From Candidatus Poribacteria bacterium (GTDB taxonomy: Bacteria > Poribacteria > WGA-4E > GCA-2687025): a DNA stretch of 64,000 nt. How positions within the stretch are numbered: position 1 is the stretch's first letter; each line of letters starts with the position of its first letter. This document shows positions 38,355-48,944 of this stretch, one piece after another. The notes under the pieces were generated by a model. That model had not been told where the DNA came from. It worked only from the letters and a program-made list of their open reading frames with translations, and searched no databases. A program made the translations under genes and the position numbers. The stretch is from positions 3,584,001 to 3,648,000 of the forward strand of contig OY762492.1 of NCBI GenBank assembly GCA_963665845.2, written 5' to 3'.

Positions 38355-39333
38355 CCGCTTCATCGACCGGTTTGGACGAGTCGTGCGCAGCTTGCGCGTT
38401 TCCGTCACTGACCGCTGCAACTTCCGCTGCGTCTACTGCATGGCGGAGGAGATGATTTTTCTGCCGCGCGCCGAGATTCTCACCTTTGAGGAGATCGAGC
38501 GTTTTGTCCGAATCGCTGCGGACAGGGGCGTACATAAAATCCGCGTCACGGGCGGCGAACCGCTGGTGCGGCGCGGCGTCCCCGACCTGATACGCAAACT
38601 GGCGGCGATACCGGGGATTGACGATATCGCGCTGACGACGAACGGCGTTTATCTGCCGCAATTGGCGGTTCCGCTTCGGGAAGCGGGGCTGGACCGCCTG
38701 AATGTGAGCCTCGACTCGCTGGACAGGGAGACGTTTGAGCGGCTCGCGCGGCGGGACGGTCTGCGTCAGACGCTGGACGGCATCGACGCGGCGCTGGAGG
38801 CGGGGTTTTCGCCCTTGAAAGTGAACGCCGTTGCAATGCGCGGATCAACGGAGCGGGAACTGCTGGACTTTGCCCGTCTGGCGCGGGAGAAGCCTGTCAT
38901 CGTCCGTTTCATTGAGTTCATGCCGCTGGACGCGGACGGCGCTTGGAAACGGGAGAACATCTTGACGCGGCGCGAAATCGTGGAGCGGATTCATGCCGAA
39001 TATCCGCTGGAGCCTGTTGATGGGCGCGGCAGTTCGCCGGCGGAGCGTTTTCGTTTTAAAGACGGAAACGGCGAAATCGGCGTCATCGCGTCGGTGACCG
39101 ACCCGTTCTGCGATCAGTGCGACCGCATCCGCATCACCGCGGAGGGGAAACTGCGCAACTGCCTCTTCGCCGTTGAAGAGACCGACATACGCGCTCTCCT
39201 GCGCGGCGGCGCTTCGGACGATGAGATTGCGGAGGCGGTCGCCGACAATGTCGCGCAAAAATGGCGCGGGCATCTCATCAACCATGCCGATTTTGTAAAG
39301 CCTGAACGCGCCATGTCGCAGATTGGCGGGTGA
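38308..39333 (+). CDS. moaA: GTP 3',8-cyclase
   Basis: SVTDRCNFRCVYC, TGGEPL, RFIEFMP, FCDQCDRIR...C, MSQIGG; start uncertain. Confidence 0.95.
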   Translation: MNREWTSTPTTCRGGNRFIDRFGRVVRSLRVSVTDRCNFRCVYCMAEEMIFLPRAEILTFEEIERFVRIAADRGVHKIRVTGGEPLVRRGVPDLIRKLAAIPGIDDIALTTNGVYLPQLAVPLREAGLDRLNVSLDSLDRETFERLARRDGLRQTLDGIDAALEAGFSPLKVNAVAMRGSTERELLDFARLAREKPVIVRFIEFMPLDADGAWKRENILTRREIVERIHAEYPLEPVDGRGSSPAERFRFKDGNGEIGVIASVTDPFCDQCDRIRITAEGKLRNCLFAVEETDIRALLRGGASDDEIAEAVADNVAQKWRGHLINHADFVKPERAMSQIGG

Positions 39334-39440
39334 AGACAGAACATGCAGATTTCGTCGCCTAAGATTCCCGCGCGTTTTACCGCAGGGGCGGGAATGACGA
39401 CAACCAAAACCATAAACCAAAACAAACGAAGCGGAACCCT

Positions 39441-42404
39441 ATGACGCTCCAAGAGATGATCGAAGCGCTGAACCGATACTGGTCTGAACATGGCTGCATA
39501 CTCCAGCAGCCGTGCGATCTGGAGGTGGGCGCCGGAACCTTTAACCCTGCAACCTCGCTGCGCTGCCTCGGTCCGGAGCCGTTCGATGTCGCCTATGTGG
39601 AGCCGTCGCGCCGCCCTGCTGACGGGCGTTACGGCGAGAATCCGTATAAGATGGGGCATTATTATCAGTATCAGGTGATTTTGAAACCTGAACCTGAAAA
39701 CAGCCAGGAGCTGTACCTGAACAGCCTAGAAGCGCTGGGGCTGAACCTGCAGAGCAACGACATCCGCTTCGTGGAGGATGACTGGGAATCGCCGACGCTG
39801 GGCGCGTCCGGTCTGGGCTGGGAAATCTGGTGCAACGGCGCCGAAGTGACCCAGTACACCTACTTTCAGCAGATGGGCGGAATGGAGCTGGACCCGATCT
39901 GCGTTGAGCTGACCTACGGGCTAGAGCGGGTCGCCATGTATCTCCAGGAGGTGGACAGCGTCTTCGACATCCGCTGGAACGATGAGACGATCTACCATGA
40001 GATTCATCATCAGACGGAGGCGGAGTACACCGCCTATTATAAGGAGAAGGCGTCCGCAGAGATGCTGACGCGCTGGTTCAACGACTGCGAACGCGAGGGG
40101 CGCATGTGCGTTGAGGCGGGTCTTGTATGGCCCGCGATGGACTACACGCTCAAGGCGTCCCACATCTTTAATGTGCTGGACGCGCGGGGCGCCATCAGCG
40201 TTTCGGAGCGGGTCGGGTATATTGCGCGGGTGCGCGCGTTGGCGCGGAAATCGGCGCAGGCGTATCTTGCCAAGCGGGAGGAGATGGGCTACCCGTTGAT
40301 GAAAAAAACGCCCGCCCCTGCGAAACAGGCGGCGCCGAAACCCGCCCCTGAACCGACCGCGCCGACTGCAGACATGCTGTTTGAAATCGGATGCGAGGAG
40401 CTGCCCGCCAGTTATATTGAGCCTGCCCTTCAGCAGATGCGGGAGCAGACGGAGGCTTGGTTAAAAGAGAATCGGCTTGAAAGCGGCGGGATTTCCACCT
40501 TGGCGACGCCGCGCCGTCTCGCGCTTCATATCGAGAATCTGGCAACGGTTCAGGAGGATATGGAGGCGGAGGTAGGCGGACCGCCGGCGGCCGCCGCGTA
40601 CGGCGCGGACGGCATGCCGACGCGCGCCGCGGAAGGTTTTGCCCGAAGCCAAGGCGTCAACGTCTCCGACCTGACAATCAAAGAGACGGAGAAGGGGCGG
40701 TATGTGTTCGCGCGCAAACAGGTGAAGGGGCTGCGGGCGGCGGATCTGCTGGCGGAGTATCTGCCGCGCCTCGCCTCGGAGCTGCGTTTTCCAAAATCGA
40801 TGCGCTGGGGAGAGCCGGGGCATGGGCTGCGCTTCGCCCGCCCGATACGCTGGATGGCGGCGCTTCTCGGAGAGCATGCGATCGATTTTCCGTTCGGATC
40901 GTTTCGTTCCGGGCGCGAGACGCAGGGGCATCGGTTCCTTTCAAAAGAAACCGTCCGGCTGCCGAACGCAAGCCTGGAAGATTACAAGGCGGCGCTGAAA
41001 AAGGCGCGCGTCATCGTCGACCAGACGGAGCGGAGGCAGATCATCCGCGAGGGGGTGGAGGGTGTCTTGAAGGAGAACGGAAGCGAAGCGCAGATCGACG
41101 AGGCGCTGCTGGACGAGGTTTTATACCTAGTGGAGAGTCCAGAGTTTGTCGTCGGGGAGTTTAACGAAGCGCTGCTGGAGATTCCGCAGGAAGCGTTGAC
41201 AGCGGCGATGAAGAAAGATCAGCGGTATTTTCCGATGTATCAGGAGGACGGGTCGCTGCTGCCGCGGTTCGTAGCCGTGTCGAACGGGACGGCGGGCGAA
41301 AGCGGTCCAGAGAACGCTCGGCGCGGCAACGAACGGGTGCTGCGCGCCCGGCTTGAGAACGCCGGCTTTTTCTGGAGAGAGGACCTGAAGCGCCCTCTCG
41401 GCGACAGGGTGGAGGATCTGAAGCGCGTCGCGTTTCAAGAGTCGCTCGGCTCGCTCTACGACAAGATGATTCGGCGGCGCAGCCTCGCCGATTGGCTCGC
41501 GCCGCAATTCAACCTTTCGACGGAAGAAACCGAGGACCTGCAGCGGGCGGCGGAGCTGGCGGACGCGGATTTGACAACGCTGATGGTGTCCGAATTTGCG
41601 TCGCTGCAGGGCGTCATCGGGCGGCGTTATGCGCTGGAGGCGGGCGAATGCAGCGTGGCGGCGGACGCGCTGCGGGATCGCTACGCCGCGCGTCCAGAAA
41701 CGAAGGTCGGCGCGGCGCTCGCGGTCGCGGACAAGATCGACACCATCGCCGGTTATTTTGGCATCGGACTGACGCCGACGGGGTCCCAAGACCCGTATTC
41801 GCTGCGGCGCCATGCGATCGACATCTGCCGCATCTTGATGGAGCGCGGTTCTGCAGTGTCGCTGTCGGCGCTGATTGAGCGGGCGTGCGGCGCGTATGAG
41901 GAGGAGTCGCCGGCGGAGCAGATTCGCGCGTTTTTCTTGGCGCGGCTGGAGGGCATTCTGTATGAGAGCGGGTATGCGCGGGACGAGATCGCGGCGGTTC
42001 TATCGGTCGATTCTGACCGCCTCTCGCGGATGACGCCCCGTTTGGACGCCCTGCGCGCTTTTCGCGGTTCCGCTCTGTTTGAAGAGGCGTACCCGGCGTT
42101 CAATCGTCTGCTGCGCATTTTGCCGAATCGTCCAACCGACGCCGTTCCCGACCCTGCGAAGTATCTGGAAGAAGAGGAGCGGGTTTTGGACGCGCATTTC
42201 CGCCAGCTCAAAACGGACGGAAATTACGCGGAGGCGCTGGAGGCGCTGGCGGGTATCGCGCCGCATATCAACCGCTTTTTCGACAACATTTTGGTCATGG
42301 ACAAGGACAAGGCGGTTCGGCGCAACCGTCTCGCGCTGGTGGAATGGATCGCCGGGAGCATGCTGCGCATCGGCGACTTCACCAAGCTGGAGGCGCCGAA
42401 ATAG
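39441..42404 (+). CDS. glyQS: Glycine-tRNA ligase, fused alpha and beta subunits
   Basis: [23 protein letters not shown] (alpha); [28 protein letters not shown] (beta). Confidence 0.95.
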   Translation: MTLQEMIEALNRYWSEHGCILQQPCDLEVGAGTFNPATSLRCLGPEPFDVAYVEPSRRPADGRYGENPYKMGHYYQYQVILKPEPENSQELYLNSLEALGLNLQSNDIRFVEDDWESPTLGASGLGWEIWCNGAEVTQYTYFQQMGGMELDPICVELTYGLERVAMYLQEVDSVFDIRWNDETIYHEIHHQTEAEYTAYYKEKASAEMLTRWFNDCEREGRMCVEAGLVWPAMDYTLKASHIFNVLDARGAISVSERVGYIARVRALARKSAQAYLAKREEMGYPLMKKTPAPAKQAAPKPAPEPTAPTADMLFEIGCEELPASYIEPALQQMREQTEAWLKENRLESGGISTLATPRRLALHIENLATVQEDMEAEVGGPPAAAAYGADGMPTRAAEGFARSQGVNVSDLTIKETEKGRYVFARKQVKGLRAADLLAEYLPRLASELRFPKSMRWGEPGHGLRFARPIRWMAALLGEHAIDFPFGSFRSGRETQGHRFLSKETVRLPNASLEDYKAALKKARVIVDQTERRQIIREGVEGVLKENGSEAQIDEALLDEVLYLVESPEFVVGEFNEALLEIPQEALTAAMKKDQRYFPMYQEDGSLLPRFVAVSNGTAGESGPENARRGNERVLRARLENAGFFWREDLKRPLGDRVEDLKRVAFQESLGSLYDKMIRRRSLADWLAPQFNLSTEETEDLQRAAELADADLTTLMVSEFASLQGVIGRRYALEAGECSVAADALRDRYAARPETKVGAALAVADKIDTIAGYFGIGLTPTGSQDPYSLRRHAIDICRILMERGSAVSLSALIERACGAYEEESPAEQIRAFFLARLEGILYESGYARDEIAAVLSVDSDRLSRMTPRLDALRAFRGSALFEEAYPAFNRLLRILPNRPTDAVPDPAKYLEEEERVLDAHFRQLKTDGNYAEALEALAGIAPHINRFFDNILVMDKDKAVRRNRLALVEWIAGSMLRIGDFTKLEAPK

Positions 42405-42496
42405 ACGCGGCGCATGCATGTCCGCCCTTGACAACCCATTTCGCCGCCCCCTTAAACTGCCCAAAGCGCCGCCTTCAGGCGTCGCCTGCAAAAAGT

Positions 42497-42525
42497 TTGC
42501 CTATCGATGTTCGGGGCGCTACGAT
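42497..42525 (+). promoter_or_regulatory. Putative sigma70 promoter of rpsO-pnp
   Basis: TTGCCT-17 bp-TACGAT. Confidence 0.45.
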
Positions 42526-42585
42526 ATATTTGAAAGAGAAATGGAACACGCGAACGTTAGACGGATGAAGTGAAAGGATTCCGCC

Positions 42586-42876
42586 TTGTCGCTCACGAAA
42601 GAAGAAACGGCCAACATCATTGCGGAGCATCGGCGAGGCGACAACGACACGGGAAGCCCCGAAGCGCAGATCGCCCTGCTCAACGCCCGGATCAAGCATC
42701 TCACGCAGCATTTTCAGACGCACAAACGCGACCACCACTCCCGCAGGGGGCTTTACAAGCTGGTCGGTCAACAGCGGCGCATACTGCGTTACCTTTACCG
42801 AAAAGACATTGAGCGGTATCGAGACATCATTGCGAAGCTCGGGCTTCGAGACCGCATCTCGCCGCGCAGTTCCTGA
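42586..42876 (+). CDS. rpsO: 30S ribosomal protein S15
   Basis: [20 protein letters not shown]; TTG start. Confidence 0.97.
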   Translation: MSLTKEETANIIAEHRRGDNDTGSPEAQIALLNARIKHLTQHFQTHKRDHHSRRGLYKLVGQQRRILRYLYRKDIERYRDIIAKLGLRDRISPRSS

Positions 42877-42939
42877 CATCTCTGGAAAAGAGAGTCCGGC
42901 CGAACATCATTCACAAGACGCACCTGGAGAAACCGCATC

Positions 42940-45264
42940 GTGAAGAGCGTTGAAATCCCTCTCGGAGACCCCTCACACAACAAAACGATCGTCATTGAAA
43001 CTGGAAAAATTGCGAAGCAAGCGCACGGATCCGTATGGGTCCGGCAGGGCGAAACCGCCGTATTGACAGCGGCGGTCGCCGACACCAAAGGACGGGAAGG
43101 GATTGACTTCTTCCCTCTCACCGTCGATTACCGCGAACGAATGTACGCCTCCGGCAAAATCCCCCAAATCTACGGCAGGCGGGAACCGAGGCCGGGCGTG
43201 GACGAAACCCTGACGGCTCGGCTCATTGACCACTGCATCCGCCCGCTTTTTCCGAAAGCGTTTCGAAACGAAACGCAGGTTCAGACGCTGGTCGTTTCCG
43301 CCGACCTCGTCCATCCCGCAAACAACCTGGCGCTCATCGGCTCCTCGGCGGCGCTGTCCATCTCGGACATACCTTTTAATGGTCCCATCGGCGGCTTGAC
43401 CGTCGCGCGCGTCAGCGGCGAATGGGTCGCCCTCCCAACCTATGAGGAGATGGAGGAGGCGGATCTAGAGTTTCTCGTCACGGGCGGCAAGAACGGCATC
43501 ATGTCGGTCGAAGGTTCTGCCCATGAGGCGGACGAAGAAACGATCGTGGAGGCGCTCGCCTTCGCGCAGGAGCAGATACAGACGATCATCGAGGCGCAGG
43601 AACAGCTTGTAGCGGAAGCGGGCAAGCCGAAGCGCGAGGTCGCGCCGAAGAGCGAATCGGAAACGCTGAAAACGCGCATCCGCGAGCTTGCGGCGACGCG
43701 CATCCGCGAGTCGATCGGCATGGAGTCGCTGGACGAGCGCGGCGCGCATCTGGACGGGATGCGGGAGGAGATCGCGGGCGAAATCTCCGAAGAGTTTGCC
43801 GAGGAGTTTGTGGACGACGAGGACGCCTTCCATAAGCAGACCGCGGACGCTTTCCGCCTTGTGGAAAAGGAGGAGATGCGCCGCTCCATCTTGGAGGAAG
43901 GCAAGCGGCTGGACGGGCGCGCCGTGGACGAGCTGCGCAAGATCGATTGCGACATCGGCATTTTGCCGCGGGCGCATGGGTCGGCTCTGTTCACGCGCGG
44001 GCAGACGCAGTCGCTCGCGGCGGTGACGCTCGGCACCGCGCTGGACGCGAACACGTCGCGCGGCTTGCGCGGCGAAACGACGCAGCGGTTCTTCCTGCAT
44101 TACAACTTCCCAAGTTACAGCGTCGGCGAGGTGCGCCGCATCACCGGTCCTGGGCGGCGCGAAATCGGGCATGGCGCCCTTGCCGAAAAAGCGATCGCCC
44201 CGCTCATTCCAAGCGCCGAAGAGTTTCCGTACACAATTCGCGCCGTCTCCGAGATCACCGAGTCGAGCGCGTCGTCATCGATGGCGAGCGTCTGCAGCGC
44301 ATGCTTGGCGCTGATGGACGCGGGCGTTCCGCTGCATAAGCCGGTGGCGGGCGTCGGCGTCGGCCTCATCAAGGATGGGGATCAGGAGTCGATCCTGACC
44401 GACATGATCGGCGAAGAGGATTTTCTGGGCGATATGGACTTCAAGGTGGCGGGAACGGCGGACGGCGTCACCGCGATTCAGCTGGACATCAAGATCGATG
44501 GCGTCTCGATTGAGCTGATGGCGCGGGCGCTTCAACAGGCGAAAGAGGCGCGGCTGCGCGTCCTGGAGCTGATGGCGGCTGCCATCGCCGAGCCGCGCGC
44601 CGACCTTGCCCCGCATGCGCCGCGCATTCAGATCACGCAGATCGATCCGGAGCGCATCGGCGAGCTGATCGGACCTGGCGGAAAAGTGATACGCGGGCTG
44701 CAGGACGAGTTCGGCGTCACGATCAATGTCGAAGAGGACGGCACGGTCCAGGTCGCCACGGCGGACGGCGAGGCGGCGGAAAAGGCGCTGGGCGCCATCG
44801 CCGACCTGTTTTACGAGGCGCAGCCGGGCGACGAGATTCACGGCAAGGTGACGCGCGTCGCTCCGTTCGGCGCCTTTGTGTCGGTGAAGCCGGGGCAGGA
44901 CGGGCTGATTCATATCTCCGATCTGGCGTCGGGTTATCTCCGCCGGGTGGAAGATGTGGTCAACGTCGGGGATGAAATATCCGTTCGCGTGACGAAGGTG
45001 GATGAGCGCGGGCGCGTTGACCTGGAGCCGATTGAGAAGTTTGAAGGCTCCGAAGAGGAGCCTGATGATCGGCGCGGCAGCGGACCCTACCGCAAATCCG
45101 GCGGCGGTCAGTCAGAACGGCGCGGCAGCGGACCCTACCGCAAATCCGGCGGCGGTCAGTCAGAACGGCGCGGAAGCGGACCCTACCGCAAAAACTCGGA
45201 CAGACGAAACAACCGCGGCAACGACGAACGCAGCGCTCCGAGAGTACCGAAAGCGCGCTTCTAA
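42940..45264 (+). CDS. pnp: Polyribonucleotide nucleotidyltransferase
   Basis: FFPLTVDY, RREIGHG, GDMDFKVAG, KH and S1 domains; follows rpsO. Confidence 0.97.
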   Translation: MKSVEIPLGDPSHNKTIVIETGKIAKQAHGSVWVRQGETAVLTAAVADTKGREGIDFFPLTVDYRERMYASGKIPQIYGRREPRPGVDETLTARLIDHCIRPLFPKAFRNETQVQTLVVSADLVHPANNLALIGSSAALSISDIPFNGPIGGLTVARVSGEWVALPTYEEMEEADLEFLVTGGKNGIMSVEGSAHEADEETIVEALAFAQEQIQTIIEAQEQLVAEAGKPKREVAPKSESETLKTRIRELAATRIRESIGMESLDERGAHLDGMREEIAGEISEEFAEEFVDDEDAFHKQTADAFRLVEKEEMRRSILEEGKRLDGRAVDELRKIDCDIGILPRAHGSALFTRGQTQSLAAVTLGTALDANTSRGLRGETTQRFFLHYNFPSYSVGEVRRITGPGRREIGHGALAEKAIAPLIPSAEEFPYTIRAVSEITESSASSSMASVCSACLALMDAGVPLHKPVAGVGVGLIKDGDQESILTDMIGEEDFLGDMDFKVAGTADGVTAIQLDIKIDGVSIELMARALQQAKEARLRVLELMAAAIAEPRADLAPHAPRIQITQIDPERIGELIGPGGKVIRGLQDEFGVTINVEEDGTVQVATADGEAAEKALGAIADLFYEAQPGDEIHGKVTRVAPFGAFVSVKPGQDGLIHISDLASGYLRRVEDVVNVGDEISVRVTKVDERGRVDLEPIEKFEGSEEEPDDRRGSGPYRKSGGGQSERRGSGPYRKSGGGQSERRGSGPYRKNSDRRNNRGNDERSAPRVPKARF
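45070..45193 (+). repeat. 48-bp coding tandem repeat (~2.6 copies) in the pnp tail
   Basis: RRGSGPYRKSGGGQSE repeated. Confidence 0.9.
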
Positions 45265-45313
45265 CGGCGGACGGGCGGGGCAGCGCATAGGCGATGGCGT
45301 TCATTTTGACACA

Positions 45314-45488
45314 AAAGCGGTCGCTTCGCGCCCCCGTCGTCATTCCCGTGAAAACGGGAATCTTAGGCGCCCAAAGCGGTCGCTTCGCGCCCCGTCGTCA
45401 TTCCCGTGAAAACGGGAATCTTAGGCGCCCAAAGCGGTCGCTTCGCGCCCCGTCGTCATTCCCGTGAAAACGGGAATCTTAGGCGCCC
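45314..45488. repeat. Three tandem 58-59 bp REP-like units
   Basis: AAAGCGGTCGCTTCGCGCCCCGTCGTCATTCCCGTGAAAACGGGAATCTTAGGCGCCC x3. Confidence 0.92.
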
Positions 45489-45843
45489 ATGAAATATAGA
45501 GCGGCGGCTGCCGCGGTTCTTGCGGCGGCTGCGCTTCTCTCTGGATGCGGGGGCAAAGAGAAGCCCGATTCGATCGCATGGCGCCATATATCGCCGGACG
45601 GAAAATTCGCTGTTACCGCCCATCGCACAAGCGAGTCGATTCAGATATGGAATCTCGAAACGGGAAAGCGCATCTGAATCATCAAAAAGCTGCGCGGTAT
45701 ACCAAGATGTAAAAACAGGCAAGATTGTCAAAACGCTGCCGCGCTCCGACCGCGTCTTGAGCGTTGCGTTCACGGAGGACGGGAGCGAAATCGTCGGCAT
45801 GTCCGCCGACCTGGCGATACAGCGCTGGGATCTCAAGAAGTGA
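45489..45843 (+). pseudogene. Remnant of a WD40-repeat lipoprotein
   Basis: Lipobox LLSGC, ISPDG...IQIWNLETGK then stop; another frame has VAFTEDG...IQRWD. Confidence 0.65.
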
Positions 45844-46071
45844 GCGGTTTGGCGGCGACTGCGATGCCTTAAGATTCCCGCTTGCGCGGGAATGACCGTC
45901 AGCGGCGGCGCGGGTTTCTGGACTCCCCCTTGAAAAGGGGGGGTTTTCCACGGACGCGGGCATGACAGCCAAACGCGGACGTTATGCGTTCGCCTCTGGA
46001 TTCCCGCTTGCGCGGGAATGACGGCCGGCGGCGCTTGCGCGCAGGGCGTTCAGGCGCTATGCTAGTCGCAT

Positions 46072-46590
46072 ATGAGCCTTAAGGAGCCGCCCAAAATGAG
46101 CGTCATGCGCATCGCGTCTGTTCTGTTAGCGGTGTCGGTTTGCGTCGGGTGCGGTTATCAATCGCCCGCGCTTTCCTCCTATCTGAAACATATCAAGACG
46201 ATACGCATTCCGCCGATTGTCAACCAAACCGCCTCTTTTGAATTGGGCGACGAGATGACGAGCGAGCTGCAGAGCCGCTTCAGGTCCAAGTGGCGCGCTG
46301 GGGACGATTCGACGCTGCTTTTGACGGCGCTGGATTATGAAATACGCGCCCGAACATACGATGTGAACAACCTGCCGGAGCAGTACCGCATGTCGATCAG
46401 CGTTCAGTACGAGTTCATCGACAATGTGAAGCGCAAGTTGATCAAGAAAGAGAACGGCTTTCAGTACCATCGAGACTTTTACGCCGTTGAGGGCGCGCCG
46501 GAGCCGATGGAAACCGAAGAGCAGGCGCGGACAAAATTGATCGACGAGATCGCCCGCGCGTTGTACAGCCAGCTTGCTGAGCAGTGGTGA
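46072..46590 (+). CDS. LptE-like lipoprotein
   Basis: Lipobox VGCGY, IKTIRIP...NQT, C-terminal E.QAR..LI..IA...W. Confidence 0.7.
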   Translation: MSLKEPPKMSVMRIASVLLAVSVCVGCGYQSPALSSYLKHIKTIRIPPIVNQTASFELGDEMTSELQSRFRSKWRAGDDSTLLLTALDYEIRARTYDVNNLPEQYRMSISVQYEFIDNVKRKLIKKENGFQYHRDFYAVEGAPEPMETEEQARTKLIDEIARALYSQLAEQW

Positions 46591-47558
46591 CGTTGAAAAC
46601 GGCCGCCGCGGCTCTTCTGGCGCTGGCGCTTGCCGGATGCGGGTCGTCAGAGCCGACAACCTACGCCGCTGTCCACAAGCGTACCGTGACGGCTGTTTGG
46701 AACGCTGTCGACAGGCGCGCCGCGCTGGAGGTCTTGAAGCAGTGGACGGCGGACGCCCCGCCGGACGCGCCCGAACCGGCGCGCCATTCCGCGGCGGATA
46801 TAGACAGGCTGATGCCGGCAAGCGGCGCCGTCAACGGATGGGAGCGGGTTGAAGAGCCGCAGCCGTTGAAACCCGCAGAGCTGGAAACGATCCGCGGACT
46901 TGACCCAGCGCGGCTGAACGCCTTCCATTTCCAGAGCGGGCTGATCTGCGACTATAGAAACCCTAGCGTCTTTCCGCGCCCGCTTCTTCGCTGCATCCTT
47001 TTGGATATGGGAACGCCTGAAAACGCTTTTGCGTATTACGCCAGCAAGCGCCGCCCGGACGCCGACTATGAGCTGTTCGGATCGGAAGGTTTTATGGAGG
47101 CGGATTTGGCGGTTTTTTGGGAGGATCGGTTCTGCGTTGAGACGAGCATTTACGCCTACGCCACCGACACGGTCAAGGCGATGCGCCAGTTTTCCGAGCA
47201 TCTCAGCGGGCGGATACGCGGTTCAGGTTCGGAGCCGGCGCCCATCGAATCGCTGCCGCTGTTGACAATGAACCCGCGGACGCCGCGCTGGTTTCGGACG
47301 CCTGAACAGATGCGCTACGCGACGCCCGGCTTATCCGGCTTCGAGGCGTTTGAAGGCGCGGCGAGGGGCTTCACCGCATGGCTGCATTTCGGCGGGGATG
47401 AAAAGGCGCCGGTTTTATGGGCGGAATTCGCGTCTGAAGAGCAGGCGCAAAAGGCGTTTGAAGATTTTAAAAAAACGCATGGCGGAGCCGCCTTTAACCT
47501 CAGAAAAAAGGGCGTTGAGGCGTTTAAAGCAAAAAAGAAAGCGGGGGACGGCAAATGA
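46584..47558 (+). CDS. Lipoprotein, DUF6599-like
   Basis: Lipobox LAGC; DMGTPENAFAYY motif. Confidence 0.55.
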   Translation: MVTLKTAAAALLALALAGCGSSEPTTYAAVHKRTVTAVWNAVDRRAALEVLKQWTADAPPDAPEPARHSAADIDRLMPASGAVNGWERVEEPQPLKPAELETIRGLDPARLNAFHFQSGLICDYRNPSVFPRPLLRCILLDMGTPENAFAYYASKRRPDADYELFGSEGFMEADLAVFWEDRFCVETSIYAYATDTVKAMRQFSEHLSGRIRGSGSEPAPIESLPLLTMNPRTPRWFRTPEQMRYATPGLSGFEAFEGAARGFTAWLHFGGDEKAPVLWAEFASEEQAQKAFEDFKKTHGGAAFNLRKKGVEAFKAKKKAGDGK

Positions 47559-48937
47559 AACCGAACATCCTTTTTGTGTTTTCTGATCAGCACCGGGCGA
47601 CCGATCTGGGATGCTACGGCAACGGCGCGATACAAACCCCGCATTTTGACCGCCTCGCCGAAGAAGGCGTCCGCGCGCGGACATGCGTCTCCAATACCCC
47701 CGTCTGCGGACCCTACCGCGCGAGCCTCATGACCGGCATGTATACCAGCCGATGCCGGTATCTCACGAACTATGTCCCGTTCAACCCGACCCGTCCATGC
47801 GTCGGCGACTGGTTTCAACAAAACGGGTATTCAACGGGTTATATCGGAAAGTGGCACCTGCATTTCCCGAAAGGCAAATCTGGGCAGGGGGGCAGGGGTT
47901 ATGTTCCGCCCGACAAGCGCGGCGGATTTCGCGATTACTGGCGCGGCTTCAACGGCGGACACCGCTATTATCAGTGGACATACTACAAGGACGATGACAC
48001 GGAGCCGACGCAAAGCCGCAGCTATCAGCCCGAAACGCAGGTTGATCAGGCGCTGGAGTTTATCGGGCGGAAGCATGAGAAGCCGTGGGTTCTGTTTTTG
48101 TCATGGGGACCGCCGCATACGCCGTTCAATCCGCCGCCGGGATACGCCGAGACCTATCAGGACGCGCCGCTCCCGCCGAATGTGCCGACAGGGCGGGCGT
48201 CGGAATACGCGCGGCGCAACCTTGCCCGGTATTACGGGCTGATTCATTCGCTGGACGACGCTTTCGGGCGGCTCATGGAAGGGCTGGACAAGTTGAGCGC
48301 GCCTGAAAACACGATCGTTGTGTATACCTCCGACCATGGGGAAATGCTTGGATGCCACGGCTATAAGGGAAACAAGCGTTGGCCGTATGACGCTTCGCTG
48401 CGCGTTCCGTTCATAATACGCCAGACGGATCGGCTGCCGGCGGGGGGCGAGCTGCGCCGTCCGCTTGGGACGCCCGACCTGTATCCGACGCTGGCGGAGC
48501 TGGCGGGCTTGCCGATTCCCGCGGGCTTGGACGGCAAGAGCGCCGCGCCGGCGCTTCTCAACGGCGACGAGAGCGGGCGCGGCGCGTACGCCTACTGCTC
48601 CATGCCGTATGCGTATGTGCCGTGGCCGGGCTGGCGCGCCCTGCGCGGAGAGCGTTGGATGTACGCCCGAACGAAAGACGCCCCATGGCTGCTGTTCGAT
48701 TTGGAGAACGACCCGTATGAGCTGCGCAATCTTGTGGAAGAGGCGGAGCATGCGCCGCTTGTCAAGGAGCTGGACGCCGAGATGACGCGCCGCATGGCGC
48801 AGGCGGGCGACTCCTGGAACGACGCGCTGGAAGAAGGCGATTGGCAGCTTTGGTCTAGAGCCGGGACGGGCAAGATGCGCGCCAACTCGCTCGGCGTCCC
48901 ATGGCCAGGTTCCGGCGGAATTGAGAAGGCGGATTGA
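47555..48937 (+). CDS. Formylglycine-dependent sulfatase
   Basis: PNILFVFSDQH, CGPYRASLMTG (CxPxR), GKWHL, PPHTP, SDHG. Confidence 0.95.
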   Translation: MKPNILFVFSDQHRATDLGCYGNGAIQTPHFDRLAEEGVRARTCVSNTPVCGPYRASLMTGMYTSRCRYLTNYVPFNPTRPCVGDWFQQNGYSTGYIGKWHLHFPKGKSGQGGRGYVPPDKRGGFRDYWRGFNGGHRYYQWTYYKDDDTEPTQSRSYQPETQVDQALEFIGRKHEKPWVLFLSWGPPHTPFNPPPGYAETYQDAPLPPNVPTGRASEYARRNLARYYGLIHSLDDAFGRLMEGLDKLSAPENTIVVYTSDHGEMLGCHGYKGNKRWPYDASLRVPFIIRQTDRLPAGGELRRPLGTPDLYPTLAELAGLPIPAGLDGKSAAPALLNGDESGRGAYAYCSMPYAYVPWPGWRALRGERWMYARTKDAPWLLFDLENDPYELRNLVEEAEHAPLVKELDAEMTRRMAQAGDSWNDALEEGDWQLWSRAGTGKMRANSLGVPWPGSGGIEKAD

Positions 48938-48944
48938 CGCTCCC

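Noticed and set aside
42428-42458. TTGACA...TAAACT promoter and an S15 leader RNA
   Set aside because: Spacer is 19 bp, and I could not identify a convincing leader structure by eye
45314-45488. Possible mini-CRISPR
   Set aside because: Units are essentially identical throughout; a tandem REP repeat
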